A stretch of DNA of 32,000 nt from Horticoccus luteus (GCF_019464535.1 NZ_CP080507.1:1950001-1982000); one strand, 5' to 3'. Positions 1 through 10,742 are shown, counted from the first letter of the stretch. Numbers and translations: made by a program. The notes: generated by a model from the letters alone, not told the origin.

Positions 1-138
1 CATTGTCCGCCGGGGCGGACGCTGGGTTTTTATCCATACAAAAATTGAGAAACGCACGTCCCGCTTGACGCTTGAAACTTCGAGCGGGATAAGTCGCGCG
101 TTATCCGCGCCTCTTAACCCCTAGAATCAGCCACCATC

Positions 139-2097
139 GTGACCGACCAGACGATTACCTCAGTTTCCCGGGAACACCGGGTGTTCAGGCCTTCGGCCGA
201 GTTCAAAGCCCAAGCCAACCTTGGGAGTGAATCCACCTACAAAAGGCTCTACTCCGAATCTGTCAACTCCCCAGAAAAATTCTGGGACCGAATGGCGAAG
301 GAGCATCTGGTGTGGCGCAAGCCTTACAAGAAAGTCCTCAACTGGAAGCCGCCGCACGCCGAGTGGTTCGTGGGTGGGAAGCTGAATGTGGCGGAAAACT
401 GCCTCGACCGGCACCTCGGAACCGCGCGCGAAAACAAGGCGGCGCTGATTTTCGAGGGCGAGCCCGGCGATGTCCGCACGATCACTTACAAGCAGCTGCA
501 TTTTCACGTCTGCCGGCTCGCGCAGATCTTTCAAAACATGGGAATCGGCAAAGGTGATCGCGTGGCGATCTACATGCCGATGATCCCTGAGGCGGTGATG
601 GCCATGCTGGCGTGTGCGCGCGTCGGTGCCATCCACACGGTCATCTTTGGCGGTTTCAGTCCGGAGGCGTTGAAAGACCGGATCAACGACTGCCAGGCGA
701 AGCTCGTCATCACGGCCGACGGCGGCTGGCGGCGCGGGAAGGTCATCGAACTGAAGGCCAATGTTGATCGGGCGGTCGAGGGCACGCCGAGCGTGCACAC
801 CATGATGGTCGTCAAACGGTGCGGCAACCCGGTGACCATGGTCGAGGGACGTGACGTATGGTGGCGCGAGGCGTGGGAAGGCGCCCCGAATTACCATGAG
901 GCGAAGGCGTTCGACGCGGAACACCCGCTCTTCATTTTATATACATCGGGTTCGACGGGGAAGCCGAAGGGCGTGCTGCACACGAGCGCCGGCTATCTGC
1001 TCGGTTGCAAAATGACGTCGCAGTATGTCTTCGATCTGAAGGAAAACGACCGCTACTTCTGTTCTGCCGACATCGGTTGGATTACCGGTCACAGTTACGT
1101 CGTTTACGGTCTGCTCTCGAACGGCGCGACGATCTTCATGTATGAAGGCGCACCGAACCAGCCGGAGCCGGATCGTTTCTGGCAAATGATCGACCGGCAC
1201 GGAATCACGATCCTCTACACGGCGCCCACCGCGATCCGCGCGTTCATGCGCTGGGGCGATAATTTCGTGCTGCGACACCGGCTCGATTCCTTGCGCCTGC
1301 TCGGCTCAGTCGGCGAACCGATTAATCCGGAGGCCTGGATGTGGTATCACAAGATGATCGGAAAGAAGCGTTGTCCCATCGTCGACACGTGGTGGCAGAC
1401 GGAAACCGGCGGCATCATGATTTCGCCGTTACCGGGCGTGACCCCGACGAAACCGGGTTCGGCGACGAAGCCCTTTTTTGGTGTGGCCGCCAAGGTGGTC
1501 GACGATCAAGGCAAGGAAGTGCCGCGCAACACCGGCGGCAAACTCGTCCTCACGCAACCATGGCCATCGATGCTGCGGACGCTGTGGGGCGACGATGACC
1601 GGTTCAAGCGGCAGTATTTCAGCGAATTTCCGAAGCATCCCGACTATTACTTCACGGGCGACGGCGCGCGGCAGGATGAGGATGGATACTTTTGGATCGT
1701 GGGCCGCATTGACGATGTGCTCAACGTCTCCGGGCACCGCATCGGCACCGCGGAAGTGGAAAGCGCGTTGGTTTCGCATCCGGCCGTAGCGGAAGCGGCG
1801 GCGGTTGGCCGTCCCGACGAACTCAAGGGACAGGCGCTCGTCGTGTTCGTATCGCTGAAAGCGGGCCACACCGCCAGCGACGAACTCAAGGAGGCGTTGC
1901 GCAACCACGTGGGGAAAGAGATTGGTTCGCTCGCGAAACCGGACACGATTCGTTTCGCGGCGGCGCTGCCCAAGACGCGCAGCGGAAAAATCATGCGCCG
2001 CATTTTGAAGGACATCGCCGCCGGCGCGACCGTGAAGGGCGACACCAGCACGCTCGAAGATTTCTCGGTGGTGGCCTCTTTACAAAGCGAGGAATAA
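139..2097 (+). CDS. acs: Acetyl-CoA synthetase (AMP-forming acetate--CoA ligase)
   Basis: 652-aa ORF with GTG start. AMP-binding signature [20 protein letters not shown] and C-terminal [11 protein letters not shown] motifs typical of Acs. Full-length architecture. Confidence 0.95.
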   Translation: MTDQTITSVSREHRVFRPSAEFKAQANLGSESTYKRLYSESVNSPEKFWDRMAKEHLVWRKPYKKVLNWKPPHAEWFVGGKLNVAENCLDRHLGTARENKAALIFEGEPGDVRTITYKQLHFHVCRLAQIFQNMGIGKGDRVAIYMPMIPEAVMAMLACARVGAIHTVIFGGFSPEALKDRINDCQAKLVITADGGWRRGKVIELKANVDRAVEGTPSVHTMMVVKRCGNPVTMVEGRDVWWREAWEGAPNYHEAKAFDAEHPLFILYTSGSTGKPKGVLHTSAGYLLGCKMTSQYVFDLKENDRYFCSADIGWITGHSYVVYGLLSNGATIFMYEGAPNQPEPDRFWQMIDRHGITILYTAPTAIRAFMRWGDNFVLRHRLDSLRLLGSVGEPINPEAWMWYHKMIGKKRCPIVDTWWQTETGGIMISPLPGVTPTKPGSATKPFFGVAAKVVDDQGKEVPRNTGGKLVLTQPWPSMLRTLWGDDDRFKRQYFSEFPKHPDYYFTGDGARQDEDGYFWIVGRIDDVLNVSGHRIGTAEVESALVSHPAVAEAAAVGRPDELKGQALVVFVSLKAGHTASDELKEALRNHVGKEIGSLAKPDTIRFAAALPKTRSGKIMRRILKDIAAGATVKGDTSTLEDFSVVASLQSEE

Positions 2098-2127
2098 GCA
2101 CAGACCGCGCGCGTGACGCTCAACGCC

Positions 2128-2157
2128 GGAGCGAGCCACCTGAGTGGCTCGCGCTCC
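2128..2157 (+). terminator. GC-rich hairpin downstream of acs (possible terminator, no U-tract)
   Basis: ggagcgagccac-ctga-gtggctcgcgctcc gives a 9 bp + 3 bp stem with a 2-nt bulge and a tetraloop, 31 nt after the acs stop. It is not followed by a T run. Confidence 0.3.
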
Positions 2158-2236
2158 CGCTTGGAAGGCGGCGAACGGGAAGTGGCGCAATACGCTTCCC
2201 CTCGCGCGACGCGCGACGTAGTGAGAGCGGCTTAAT

Positions 2237-3667
2237 ATGAAGATCTACTTCATGGGCATCGGTGGCACGGCGATGGGCAACGCGGCGTTACTCACGCGGG
2301 CGGCCGGGCACGACGTGCTCGGCGCCGATTTAGGCGTTTATCCACCGATGAGCACCGTGCTGGCCGAGGCCGGGATCACCGCGCACGAAGGATATGATCC
2401 GGTGCGGCTGGCGGCGCTGGCACCTGATTTGGTCGTGATCGGAAACGCGATGTCGCGCGGAAATCCCGAAGTGGAATGGCTGTTGGACGAACGGGCGATC
2501 GCGTTTACGTCGCTCCCGGCGTTGCTGTCCGACTTCGTCCTCCGAAGGCGAAAGAATATCGTGGTGTGCGGCACCCACGGAAAGACGACGACGACTTCAC
2601 TCGCAGCGTTCTTGCTGCGGGCCAACGAACGTGACCCTGGTTTCCTCATCGGAGGCGTGCCGCAGGATCCCCCGGTCGGGGCGCACTTGGGCGCGCTCGC
2701 AGACCCGTTCGTGATTGAAGGAGACGAATACGACAGTGCCTTCTTCGACAAGCGATCGAAGTTCATCCACTACGCGCCGCACATCGCGGTGTTGAATAAT
2801 TTGGAATTCGACCACGCGGACATTTTTCGCGACCTGGCCGATGTCCAGCGGACGTTTGCACACCTGACGCGCATCGTGCCACGGAGTGGCTGCGTCGTGA
2901 TGAATGGCGACGATGAAAACCTGCGGGCGCTCGGCGATCTGCCGTGGACGCGGGTCGTGCGGGTGGGAATGACGGAGGTGAACGATTTGCGCATCGTGGG
3001 ATTTACGGAAGCGGTCGAAGGTGCGCGATTCGAGCTGTGGTGGCGCGGCGAGAAATGGACCGACGTGCACTGGGCGCTGCCGGGGCAGTTCAACGCGCGA
3101 AACGCCGCGATGGCCGCATGCGCCGCGGGGCTCGCGTTGACGGGCGCGCAGGGCGACCCGCGAGGGCTGCGGCTCGAGGCATTGGCGCAGTTTCGCGGAG
3201 TAAAACGCCGACAGGAAATTCTCGTGCGGGGGCCGGAAGTCACGGTGATCGAAGATTTCGGCCATCATCCGACCGCGATTGCGGAAACGCTGCGTTCACT
3301 CCGCGCGCGCTACCCGGGCGCGACGTTGACCGCGGTTTTCGAGCCCCGCAGCAACACGGCCCGGACGAAAGCGCTGCAAGCGGATTTTGTGAGTGCGCTT
3401 GCGGGGGCGGATGAGGCTTACATCGGGCCGGTCAGCCGCGCGGATAAGTTGAAACCGAGTGAGCGATTTGAAGCGGGTGTGGTCATGTGCGATCTGCAGA
3501 AAGCGGATGTCTCGGCGCACACCGCGGAGACAAATGCGCAACTTCTGGAAAAACTTCTCGCGCAAACCCTGCCGGCGCCGGGCCCGCGCGTCGTGGTGTT
3601 TTTCACCAATGGGAGCTTCGACGGCATTATCGCACGTTACGCGGCGGCCGTCCGCGCAGCGCAGTAG
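2237..3667 (+). CDS. mpl: UDP-N-acetylmuramate:L-alanyl-gamma-D-glutamyl-meso-diaminopimelate ligase (murein peptide ligase)
   Basis: N-terminus MKIYFMGIGGTAMGNAALL...VYPPMST resembles E. coli Mpl. Mur-ligase P-loop GTHGKTTTT and central/C-terminal Mur ligase domains are present. Confidence 0.88.
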   Translation: MKIYFMGIGGTAMGNAALLTRAAGHDVLGADLGVYPPMSTVLAEAGITAHEGYDPVRLAALAPDLVVIGNAMSRGNPEVEWLLDERAIAFTSLPALLSDFVLRRRKNIVVCGTHGKTTTTSLAAFLLRANERDPGFLIGGVPQDPPVGAHLGALADPFVIEGDEYDSAFFDKRSKFIHYAPHIAVLNNLEFDHADIFRDLADVQRTFAHLTRIVPRSGCVVMNGDDENLRALGDLPWTRVVRVGMTEVNDLRIVGFTEAVEGARFELWWRGEKWTDVHWALPGQFNARNAAMAACAAGLALTGAQGDPRGLRLEALAQFRGVKRRQEILVRGPEVTVIEDFGHHPTAIAETLRSLRARYPGATLTAVFEPRSNTARTKALQADFVSALAGADEAYIGPVSRADKLKPSERFEAGVVMCDLQKADVSAHTAETNAQLLEKLLAQTLPAPGPRVVVFFTNGSFDGIIARYAAAVRAAQ

Positions 3668-3724
3668 CCGCCACCGTCGATATCAAACGCCCGGTATTGC
3701 GGTGACGAGCGCACCGCCCCGCGA

Positions 3725-4297
3725 TCAACCTGTTGCGGCAAGCGTTCGGGCGGGCGCCATGGCGACGGAGCGTTCGTGTTCGAGGAGCTGCCGTTTGATG
3801 TTTTCGCCAAACGCGAAACCGGTGAGCGAGCCGTCTGCGCCGATGACGCGGTGGCAGGGCACGATGAGACAAATCGGATTCGTGGCGTTGGCGCGCCCGA
3901 CGGCGCGGGGCGCGGTGCCGAGCGCACGGGCGAGGTCGCCGTAGCTGCGCGTTTCGCCAAATGGAATCGAACGCAGCGCCGACCACACGCGTTGTTGAAA
4001 CGCACTCCCAATGGCTGCGAGGGGCAGATCGAAGTCGCGCCGCTCTTCCGCGAAATATGCCCGCACTTCCTCAACCCAAGGTGCCACCCTGCACTTATCG
4101 CCGATCAAGTGATAACTGGTCGCTCCCTCAGTCGCGCCAACGGAGGAATTGTCATCCAACCGCTGGCAGGATTTCAGGCGCCCGTGGAGAGCAGTGGTGT
4201 CGCCAAAGGCGGTGGCCACGAGCGCCCCGGTGGCGTCGACGCAGAGGGAAAATGGGCCGCAGGGCGTGGAAAGAGTGGCGCAAAAATAGGTGTTCAT
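3725..4297 (-). CDS. ogt: Methylated-DNA--protein-cysteine methyltransferase
   Basis: Active-site motif [15 protein letters not shown]. The internal start MNTYF at 4297 forms an ATGA overlap with the upstream ada-alkA stop. The 54-aa Arg/Ala-rich extension in the track ORF is unlikely to be real. Confidence 0.85.
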   Translation of the reverse strand: MNTYFCATLSTPCGPFSLCVDATGALVATAFGDTTALHGRLKSCQRLDDNSSVGATEGATSYHLIGDKCRVAPWVEEVRAYFAEERRDFDLPLAAIGSAFQQRVWSALRSIPFGETRSYGDLARALGTAPRAVGRANATNPICLIVPCHRVIGADGSLTGFAFGENIKRQLLEHERSVAMAPARTLAATG

Positions 4298-5715
4298 GGC
4301 GCAGGTTGATTGAATTGCCAGAGGTGCGCAGTCGCGAGGCTGCGGTAAGGGGAAAAGACGGCCATGAGCCGCCGCGTGGCATCGACGTCGGGGCGCTGCT
4401 CCAGTTGCAAGAGCGCCTGCAAACCGCTCGTGACGCCCGTATCGCCGAGGGGCACACAATCGGCGAAGCCGAGCGCGCGCATCATGACGTAGTTGACGGA
4501 CCAGGGACCGAGTCCGCGGATCGCGAGAAGGGTGCGTTCAGCGCGCGTGGCGGACAAGGTGGGCAGCGCGACGAGATCCAGGCGGCCACCGGCAATCATG
4601 CGCGCCGTGGTGATGAGATAGTCGGCTTTGGAGCGGGAGAATTGGAGCGGAAGCAGGTCGGCCGGCTCCAGCGCAGCGACGGCTTCGGGCGAGGGCGGCG
4701 CAGAGAGACCGTCGCTTACCGGCGTGCCCGTGCGCTCGATCAATCGGCGGCGCAGCAAGCACGCGAACGGTAGATTGATTTGCTGGCCGATGATGGACCA
4801 TAGGACGCCGTCGAACACCGAAGGAATTTGCGCGAGCCGTAATTCAGGCCGGCCGGCGACGAGGCGCGAGAGCCCGAGTTTACGGGCGAGACGGGCGAAC
4901 CCGGCGGCGTCTTGTTCGAGGCCAAGAATGCCAGTCACCACGCGATGGGCGTGCACGCCGGAAGTGTTTTCGACCGCCACCTCGATTTCGTTTTCGCGCA
5001 GGCGGAGACGCAAGAGCGCCGGGCCGTGCGGCGAACGGAACGCTGTGACATAGCGATCGCCTTCAAGTCGTTCGGTGATGCTGTGCGGATCGCGGCTCAG
5101 AGCGCGGCGCAGATACGCCAGAGGATAGCCGACGGGTAACGTGAGCGTAAACGAAGACGTCCGCGGGAGTTCGCGGTAGGCCGCGGGAGTGAGGCCATGA
5201 AAGCGGCGGAAGTGATCGTGAAACGCGGAAAGCGATTCGAAGCCCGCTCCGCCTGCCACGCTGGCGAGCCCGTCCGCGCTCGCGAGTAGTTGGGCCGAAG
5301 CCAGGTGCGCGCGAGCGCGCGTGAGAATTTCGGCGGGCGTGGCGTGATAGTGTTGGCGGAAAAGCTCGAAGAGACGCGTTGAGCCGAAGCCGGAGCGGCG
5401 GACGATTGCGGCGACATCGGCGAAAGCGGCGGGGTGGGTGCGAATTTCCGCCACCAGCGTTTCGATGGATTCGAGCACGGGATCGGCTCCGCGGGCAAAA
5501 TCGTCGGGGTGGCATTTTCGACACGGGCGCAGCCCGGCGTCGCGCGCGGCCTCGCACGTGGGGAAGAAGCGAACATTGGCGAGCTTCGGTTTGCGCGCTT
5601 TGCACGACGGCAGGCAATAGATGCCGGTGGTGAGCACGCCGGTGAAAAAGCGCCCGTTCCACTCGGGATCACCGGCCAGCACGCGCGCATACATTTGCGC
5701 ATTCGTCATTCGCAT
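4294..5715 (-). CDS. Bifunctional Ada-N (Zn-Cys4 methylphosphotriester sensor + AraC HTH) / AlkA-type DNA-3-methyladenine glycosylase II fusion
   Basis: N-terminal Cys4 cluster (CLPSC...PCRKCHPDD). AraC-type HTH ([22 protein letters not shown]; [23 protein letters not shown]). C-terminal HhH-GPD ([14 protein letters not shown]...PLGDTGV). Confidence 0.85.
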   Translation of the reverse strand: MRMTNAQMYARVLAGDPEWNGRFFTGVLTTGIYCLPSCKARKPKLANVRFFPTCEAARDAGLRPCRKCHPDDFARGADPVLESIETLVAEIRTHPAAFADVAAIVRRSGFGSTRLFELFRQHYHATPAEILTRARAHLASAQLLASADGLASVAGGAGFESLSAFHDHFRRFHGLTPAAYRELPRTSSFTLTLPVGYPLAYLRRALSRDPHSITERLEGDRYVTAFRSPHGPALLRLRLRENEIEVAVENTSGVHAHRVVTGILGLEQDAAGFARLARKLGLSRLVAGRPELRLAQIPSVFDGVLWSIIGQQINLPFACLLRRRLIERTGTPVSDGLSAPPSPEAVAALEPADLLPLQFSRSKADYLITTARMIAGGRLDLVALPTLSATRAERTLLAIRGLGPWSVNYVMMRALGFADCVPLGDTGVTSGLQALLQLEQRPDVDATRRLMAVFSPYRSLATAHLWQFNQPAP

Positions 5716-5816
5716 GGGTGCACGTTAGCACATTCGCCAGATGGCGTCGTCCGGAGAATTTCGGTGCAATTTTTCAGCCGCTGGACATCGGCCCGGTCAC
5801 CGCGCATGATGCGATC

Positions 5817-6266
5817 ATGTCTGCGATCTACGCCCAGCTCCGCGCTGATATTGTCACCGCCATGAAGGCCCGCAACCAGGCCACAACGACTGCGCTGCGG
5901 ACGGCCGACGCCGCCATCAAGCGCGCGGCGATGGACACCAATCAGGAGATCGATGACGCGTTGACGATCACGGTGCTGCGCAAGGCGGTTAAAAATCTCA
6001 CTGATGCGCGCGAAGAGTTTGCCAAGGGGGGACGCGCCGACTTGGTCGCGGCAAACGATGCCGAGATTATTTTGCTCGCAAAATATCTGCCGCAATCGCT
6101 TTCGCCCGATCAACTGGCAGCCGTGGTGAGCGAGGCGATCCAAACGGCCGGCGCGACGACCAAGAAAGAAACCGGCAAGGTGATGGCGGTGCTGAAGCAG
6201 CGGCCGGACGCGGGCACGATCGATTTCGGGGCAGCGAGCAAATTGATCCAGGCCAAGCTGGCCTGA
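5817..6266 (+). CDS. GatB/YqeY domain-containing protein
   Basis: 149 aa from the internal ATG (MSAIYAQLRADIVTAMKARN...EIILLAKYLPQ...GKVMAVLK), the typical YqeY length and motifs. The upstream 33 codons of the track ORF overlap the ada start region. Confidence 0.75.
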   Translation: MSAIYAQLRADIVTAMKARNQATTTALRTADAAIKRAAMDTNQEIDDALTITVLRKAVKNLTDAREEFAKGGRADLVAANDAEIILLAKYLPQSLSPDQLAAVVSEAIQTAGATTKKETGKVMAVLKQRPDAGTIDFGAASKLIQAKLA

Positions 6267-6314
6267 AGCGGGCGCGGGCCAACGCGATCAACGCTTCACC
6301 CGGCCGGGCGCGTG

Positions 6315-7265
6315 TCAGACGCGGTTGGCCGATCGCCGGGCGCGGAATTGGCGAAAGCCCACGGCGGCGCTGGCGGCGAGCAGCGCGCCCACCAGCGCGC
6401 TGGTGGCCGGCTCGGGAATGGCGGTGGCGAATGCCATGCCGCCGGGAGTCGCCAAGCCGGAGATAAGCGCCGCGTTGATGACGTGGCCGTTCAACAAATC
6501 GTATTGTCCCACCGTGCCGTCGTTGCTGTTTACGAACAGGCTGGAGCCGTAAACCGCGAGATCGGTGGGACCACCGTTCAATCCCGCGATAAATGACGCG
6601 TTAATCGTCGCGCCAGTGGTGACATCATATTGGCCCACCGTTCCGGTGTCGCCATTGATGACGAACAGGCTCGTTCCGGCAACGGCGAGTCCGAGAGGAT
6701 GGCTCAGCCCGGAGATGAACGCCGCGTCAGTGATGCCGCTGCCTAAATCGTGGTGCCCAATCTGACCGGTGAAGTAGTCGGAGACGAAAATGTTGGCTCC
6801 CGACACGGCGACTGAAACAAGGCTGTGCGAGCCGGGGACGGGCAGGGTGGCAATCGCGGTCCCCGTGGCGGCGTCGTAGCGGCTGATAACGCCGGTATTA
6901 TATTCGACGACGAAAAGATCGGAGCCGGCTACCGCCAAGGCGTCCGGATGATTCAAGCCGGAGACGAAGGTGGAATTGATGAGGTGACCATCGTTCAGGT
7001 CGTAGCGACCGATCGTGCCGTCAGTAAACGAAGCGACAAACAACGAGTTGCCGTAGGCGGCGAGGCCAATCGGATCGTTCACGCTGGAGATGAACGAGGC
7101 GTTAGCAGGAGTGCCCGTGGCGGCATCATACTGGCCGACGCGTCCGCCATTATATTCTGCCACGTAGAGTTGCGAGAAGGCACCGGGCGCCAGCGCCAAG
7201 CCGCACAAAACCGGCAGCGTAAAACGACGCAGACTGCGCAGCGGAGAAACGGGAAGGGCGAACAT
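6315..7265 (-). CDS. Secreted six-bladed beta-propeller-like repeat protein with PEP-CTERM sorting signal
   Basis: N-terminal signal peptide. Six ~42-aa repeats (LFVxxxxxGxVGQYDxxxGxxxxxxFIxGLxxPxGLAVxGxx). C-terminal IPEP motif + hydrophobic helix + Arg-rich tail (AIPEPATSALVGALLAASAAVGFRQFRARR). Confidence 0.85.
   Translation of the reverse strand: MFALPVSPLRSLRRFTLPVLCGLALAPGAFSQLYVAEYNGGRVGQYDAATGTPANASFISSVNDPIGLAAYGNSLFVASFTDGTIGRYDLNDGHLINSTFVSGLNHPDALAVAGSDLFVVEYNTGVISRYDAATGTAIATLPVPGSHSLVSVAVSGANIFVSDYFTGQIGHHDLGSGITDAAFISGLSHPLGLAVAGTSLFVINGDTGTVGQYDVTTGATINASFIAGLNGGPTDLAVYGSSLFVNSNDGTVGQYDLLNGHVINAALISGLATPGGMAFATAIPEPATSALVGALLAASAAVGFRQFRARRSANRV
6417..7169 (-). repeat. Six diverged tandem ~126-bp coding repeats (propeller blades)
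   Basis: Blade starts at aa 33, 75, 117, 159, 200 and 243 of the 316-aa protein (periods 42, 42, 42, 41, 43 aa). Confidence 0.7.
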
Positions 7266-7447
7266 CGTGATAGGGAGGAGTTAAGCTGAACCTCGGGGCG
7301 CAGCAGGTAAGGAACCGGCCTCGCATTGAGGCAAGCTCGTTTACGCGGCGGCGGATTCGAGGCGCGAGCGCCCGAGGCAGGTCCGGAGCCTGTGGTGAAT
7401 GTGAATTGGGGGCCGCCGCAGCCGCCGTCGGGCAACCGGTGGACGCC

Positions 7448-8791
7448 TTACATGCCGGGAAAGCCGCCTTTGCCGCGCATGGCTTCCATCTGGCGCATCA
7501 TCTTTTTGCCGCCGCCACCCTTCAGCATCTTCATCATCTTCTGCATTTGCTGAAACTGCTTCAGGAGTTGGTTAACCTCGACGATCTTCACCCCGGCGCC
7601 GTTGGCGATGCGCTGGCGGCGGTTGCCGTTCAGGATCTCGGGCTTCCGGCGTTCTTGAATGGTCATGGACTTGATGATCGCCTCGGTGCGGCCCATCTGC
7701 CGCTCGGCATCGTCGGGCAAAGCCACGCCGCTCATGCCGGGCATCATGCCGATGATGCTCTGCATGGATCCCATTTTCTTCACCTGCTGCATCTGGGAGA
7801 GGAAATCCTCGAGGTTGAAGTCCGCTTTGCGGAGCTTCTCGGCCATTTTCTCGGCTTCCTTCTCGTCGATCGTTTCCTGGGCTTTTTCGACGAGGGAAAC
7901 GACGTCGCCCATGCCGAGGATGCGCGAGGCGAGGCGATCAGGATGAAAGACTTCGAAATCGCCCGTCTTTTCACCGGTGCCGACGAATTTGATCGGCACA
8001 CCGGTGATGGACTTGATCGAGAGCGCGGCGCCGCCGCGAGCGTCGCCGTCGAGTTTGGTCAGAATGAGGCCGGTAAGGGAGAGGGCGTCGTGAAACGTCT
8101 TGGCAACGTTGACCGCTTCCTGGCCCAAGGCGCCGTCAACGACGAGCAGCACTTCGTCGGGCTGCACGCGCGCGCGGAGTTTCTTCACCTCTTCGATCAG
8201 ATCGGCGTCGATTTGAAGGCGGCCGGCGGTGTCGAAGATGATGCAGTCGGCGGTGGCGGTCTGCGCGGCGGTGAGGGCGGCGACGCCGATGGCGGGCACG
8301 TCCTTGGAATTTCGGTCCGCGTAAAAGCCGAGCTCTTCCTGGCGGGCGAGAATCTCGAGCTGGTCGATGGCGGCCGGGCGGTAGACATCGCACGCGGCGA
8401 CGAGGGGGCGATAACCACGTTTCTTGAGAAGCTTGCCGAGTTTGGCCGTGGAGGTGGTTTTACCCGAGCCGTGCAAGCCGACCATCATGATCTTCAGCGG
8501 CCGCGCGCCGGAAAGCTGGGTGGTGCCTTCACCAAGGAGGCGCACCAATTCATCGTGGATGATTTTGACGACCTGCTGGCCGGGCGTGACCGATTTGGTG
8601 ACCTCTTGTCCGACGCATTGGGCTTGGACGCGTTCGGTAAATTCGCGCGCGACTTTGAAATGGACGTCGGCGGAAAGGAGGGCGGTGCGCACCTCCTTGA
8701 GTGCGTCGGCCATGTTTTCATCGGAGAGTTTGCCAACGCCGCGGAGGTTGCGCAGGGCCTGGCCAAGTTTGTCGGTGAGCGATTCGAACAT
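7448..8791 (-). CDS. ffh: Signal recognition particle protein Ffh
   Basis: 447 aa from [16 protein letters not shown]. GTPase motifs [14 protein letters not shown] and [10 protein letters not shown]. Met-rich M domain at the C-terminus. The 61-aa N-terminal extension in the track is rejected. Confidence 0.93.
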   Translation of the reverse strand: MFESLTDKLGQALRNLRGVGKLSDENMADALKEVRTALLSADVHFKVAREFTERVQAQCVGQEVTKSVTPGQQVVKIIHDELVRLLGEGTTQLSGARPLKIMMVGLHGSGKTTSTAKLGKLLKKRGYRPLVAACDVYRPAAIDQLEILARQEELGFYADRNSKDVPAIGVAALTAAQTATADCIIFDTAGRLQIDADLIEEVKKLRARVQPDEVLLVVDGALGQEAVNVAKTFHDALSLTGLILTKLDGDARGGAALSIKSITGVPIKFVGTGEKTGDFEVFHPDRLASRILGMGDVVSLVEKAQETIDEKEAEKMAEKLRKADFNLEDFLSQMQQVKKMGSMQSIIGMMPGMSGVALPDDAERQMGRTEAIIKSMTIQERRKPEILNGNRRQRIANGAGVKIVEVNQLLKQFQQMQKMMKMLKGGGGKKMMRQMEAMRGKGGFPGM

Positions 8792-9035
8792 GAGAACGGC
8801 GAGTGAAACGACTCCGGGAAACTTATGAAAACAAATTCTGGGGCAAGCGGGTGACGCCGCTGATCTCGCGCTGACGGACCGCGCGACCGGCGGTTTGCGC
8901 GACGACGCCCGGGCCGCGCGAGGCGGTGTTTCCGTCGCTTGAGTGTCATACGGACCTCCGATCGCCGGAGGCACGTGAGAGGCACCAAATTCATTCTCGT
9001 CAAAGCCGAAACGTTACCGGATAAGGGCCGTCCCT

Positions 9036-9524
9036 ATGAACCCTGTTCTGAAGCTGTTGCTCGAAGGCGGTGGACTCACGACGGCGCAAATTGCGCAAGT
9101 CGCGGGCCTCACCGAGGTCGAAGTGAACCAGCACCTGGAACAGTTGAAGAAAGATAAAATCTTCCTCGGCTGGCGTCCAGTGCTCGATCTCTCGCGCGAG
9201 GCCGCCGCCGCCGCCGCCGTGCGCGCCGTGATCGAGGTCAAGGTCACGCCGGAACGGGGTGGTGGGTTCAACCGGTTTGCGGAACGCATCGCGCGTTTTG
9301 ACGAGGTCGAGTCGTGCTACCTCATGTCGGGCGGCTACGATCTGCTCGTGTTCGTGAAAGGCGCGTCGTTGCAGAAAGTGGCGTCGTTCGTTTCGGAGAA
9401 GCTCTCGACGATCGAGGGGGTGTTGTCCACCTCCACGCACTTCATGCTGCGTTCCTACAAAGAGCAGGGTTTCCTGCTGGAAAGCGACGAAGGGCCGGTC
9501 ACGCGGCTCAACGTCGCCCCGTAA
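9036..9524 (+). CDS. Lrp/AsnC family transcriptional regulator
   Basis: N-terminal wHTH (LTTAQIAQVAGLTEVEVNQHLEQLKKDKI) followed by an AsnC-type ligand-binding (RAM) domain (AVIEVKV...CYLMSGGYDLLVFV). Confidence 0.85.
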   Translation: MNPVLKLLLEGGGLTTAQIAQVAGLTEVEVNQHLEQLKKDKIFLGWRPVLDLSREAAAAAAVRAVIEVKVTPERGGGFNRFAERIARFDEVESCYLMSGGYDLLVFVKGASLQKVASFVSEKLSTIEGVLSTSTHFMLRSYKEQGFLLESDEGPVTRLNVAP

Positions 9525-9540
9525 CGGAAAGGCGACTCCC

Positions 9541-10725
9541 ATGAGCACCGATCCCCAACGTTGGGTGGCGGGGCATGTTGCCTCGCTGCCGAAGAGCGGC
9601 ATCCGCGATTTCTTCGAACTGGTGGCCAAAATGAAGGGCCAGGACGTGATTTCGCTCGGCGTCGGCGAACCGGATTTCGTCACGCCCTGGCATATTCGCG
9701 AGGCGGCGATATTCGCGCTCGAGCGCGGCAAGACTTACTACACGTCGAACCTCGGTTTGATCGAGCTGCGGCGAGCGATCGCGACTTACGTCGAACAGCA
9801 TTTCAACGTCACCTACCGTCCGGAGGATCAGATCCTCGTGACCGTCGGCGTGAGCGAGGCGCTCGATCTGGCCTGCCGCGCGTTTGTGAATCCCGGCGAC
9901 AAGGTGATGTTTCACCAGCCGTGCTACGTGAGTTACCACCCGAGTATTTCGCTCGTGCACGGGCAGGGAATCGCGGTGCCGACCTACGCCCGCGACAATT
10001 TCGCTCTCACTGCCGAGGCGCTTCGCGCCGCATGGCAGCCGGGGGCGAAGATGCTGATGCTGAACCTCCCGTGCAATCCCACGGGCGGCACTTGCAGCAA
10101 AGAGCAGTTGGACAAGATCGCCGCGTTTTGCCGGGAAAAGGATCTGCTGGTCCTCACGGACGAGATTTACTCCGAGCTCTCGTTCGACGGCGCGCACACC
10201 AGCATCGCGTCGCTGCCCGGAATGGCGGAACGCACGATCTTCCTGCACGGTTTCTCGAAGGCGTTCGCGATGACGGGCTGGCGGATCGGTTATGCATGCG
10301 GTCCGGCGCCACTCGTCGACGCGATGATGAAAGTGCATCAATACTCGATGTTGTGCGCGTCGATCATCGCACAAGAGGCCGCCCTTGAGGCGCTCCTGCG
10401 CGGCTGGGACAGCGTGCTGAAAATGCGGGAGCAATACCACCGGCGCCGCGATCTCGTCGTGCGACGTTTCAACGAGATCGGCCTCAAGTGCCATTCGCCA
10501 CGGGGCAGCTTCTACGCGTTTCCCGACGTGACTCCGACGGGGCTCACAGAGAAGGAGTTCGCGGTCGGCTTGCTTGAAAAGGAGAAGGTCGCCGTCGTCC
10601 CCGGCACCGCCTTTGGAGAAAACGGCACCGGTCACGTGCGCGCCTGCTTTGCGACGAGCTACGAGCAATTGATCGAGGCCTGCAACCGCATGGAGCGGTT
10701 CGTCGGCGGGGCCCGCCGCGCATAA
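9541..10725 (+). CDS. Pyridoxal-phosphate-dependent class I/II aminotransferase (AlaT/YugH-like by context)
   Basis: Motifs LGVGEPDF, NPTG and the PLP-lysine motif [13 protein letters not shown]. Starts 16 nt after the AsnC regulator. Confidence 0.9.
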   Translation: MSTDPQRWVAGHVASLPKSGIRDFFELVAKMKGQDVISLGVGEPDFVTPWHIREAAIFALERGKTYYTSNLGLIELRRAIATYVEQHFNVTYRPEDQILVTVGVSEALDLACRAFVNPGDKVMFHQPCYVSYHPSISLVHGQGIAVPTYARDNFALTAEALRAAWQPGAKMLMLNLPCNPTGGTCSKEQLDKIAAFCREKDLLVLTDEIYSELSFDGAHTSIASLPGMAERTIFLHGFSKAFAMTGWRIGYACGPAPLVDAMMKVHQYSMLCASIIAQEAALEALLRGWDSVLKMREQYHRRRDLVVRRFNEIGLKCHSPRGSFYAFPDVTPTGLTEKEFAVGLLEKEKVAVVPGTAFGENGTGHVRACFATSYEQLIEACNRMERFVGGARRA

Positions 10726-10742
10726 CGGCGCGTGTAGCACGC

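Noticed and set aside
4298-4459. 54-codon N-terminal extension of the ogt ORF
   Set aside because: It would overlap the ada-alkA 3' end by about 165 nt. The internal ATG at 4297 gives a normal-length Ogt and a classic ATGA coupling.
5756-5774. Possible Ada-box-like A/T motif (aaaaattgcaccgaaattc on the minus strand) upstream of ada-alkA
   Set aside because: It only loosely resembles the E. coli AAT-N6-GCAA / AAAGCGCA operator, and there is no way to validate it in this lineage from sequence alone.
7406-8806. 466-aa plus-strand ORF covering the ffh locus
   Set aside because: It is antisense to a clear Ffh with all GTPase and M-domain motifs. Its translation is low-complexity (runs of H, L, A, G, D) with no recognisable motif, which is the typical high-GC shadow ORF.
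9508-10740. 410-aa minus-strand ORF opposite the aminotransferase
   Set aside because: Shadow ORF. The plus-strand frame carries the PLP-lysine motif and the full aminotransferase architecture.
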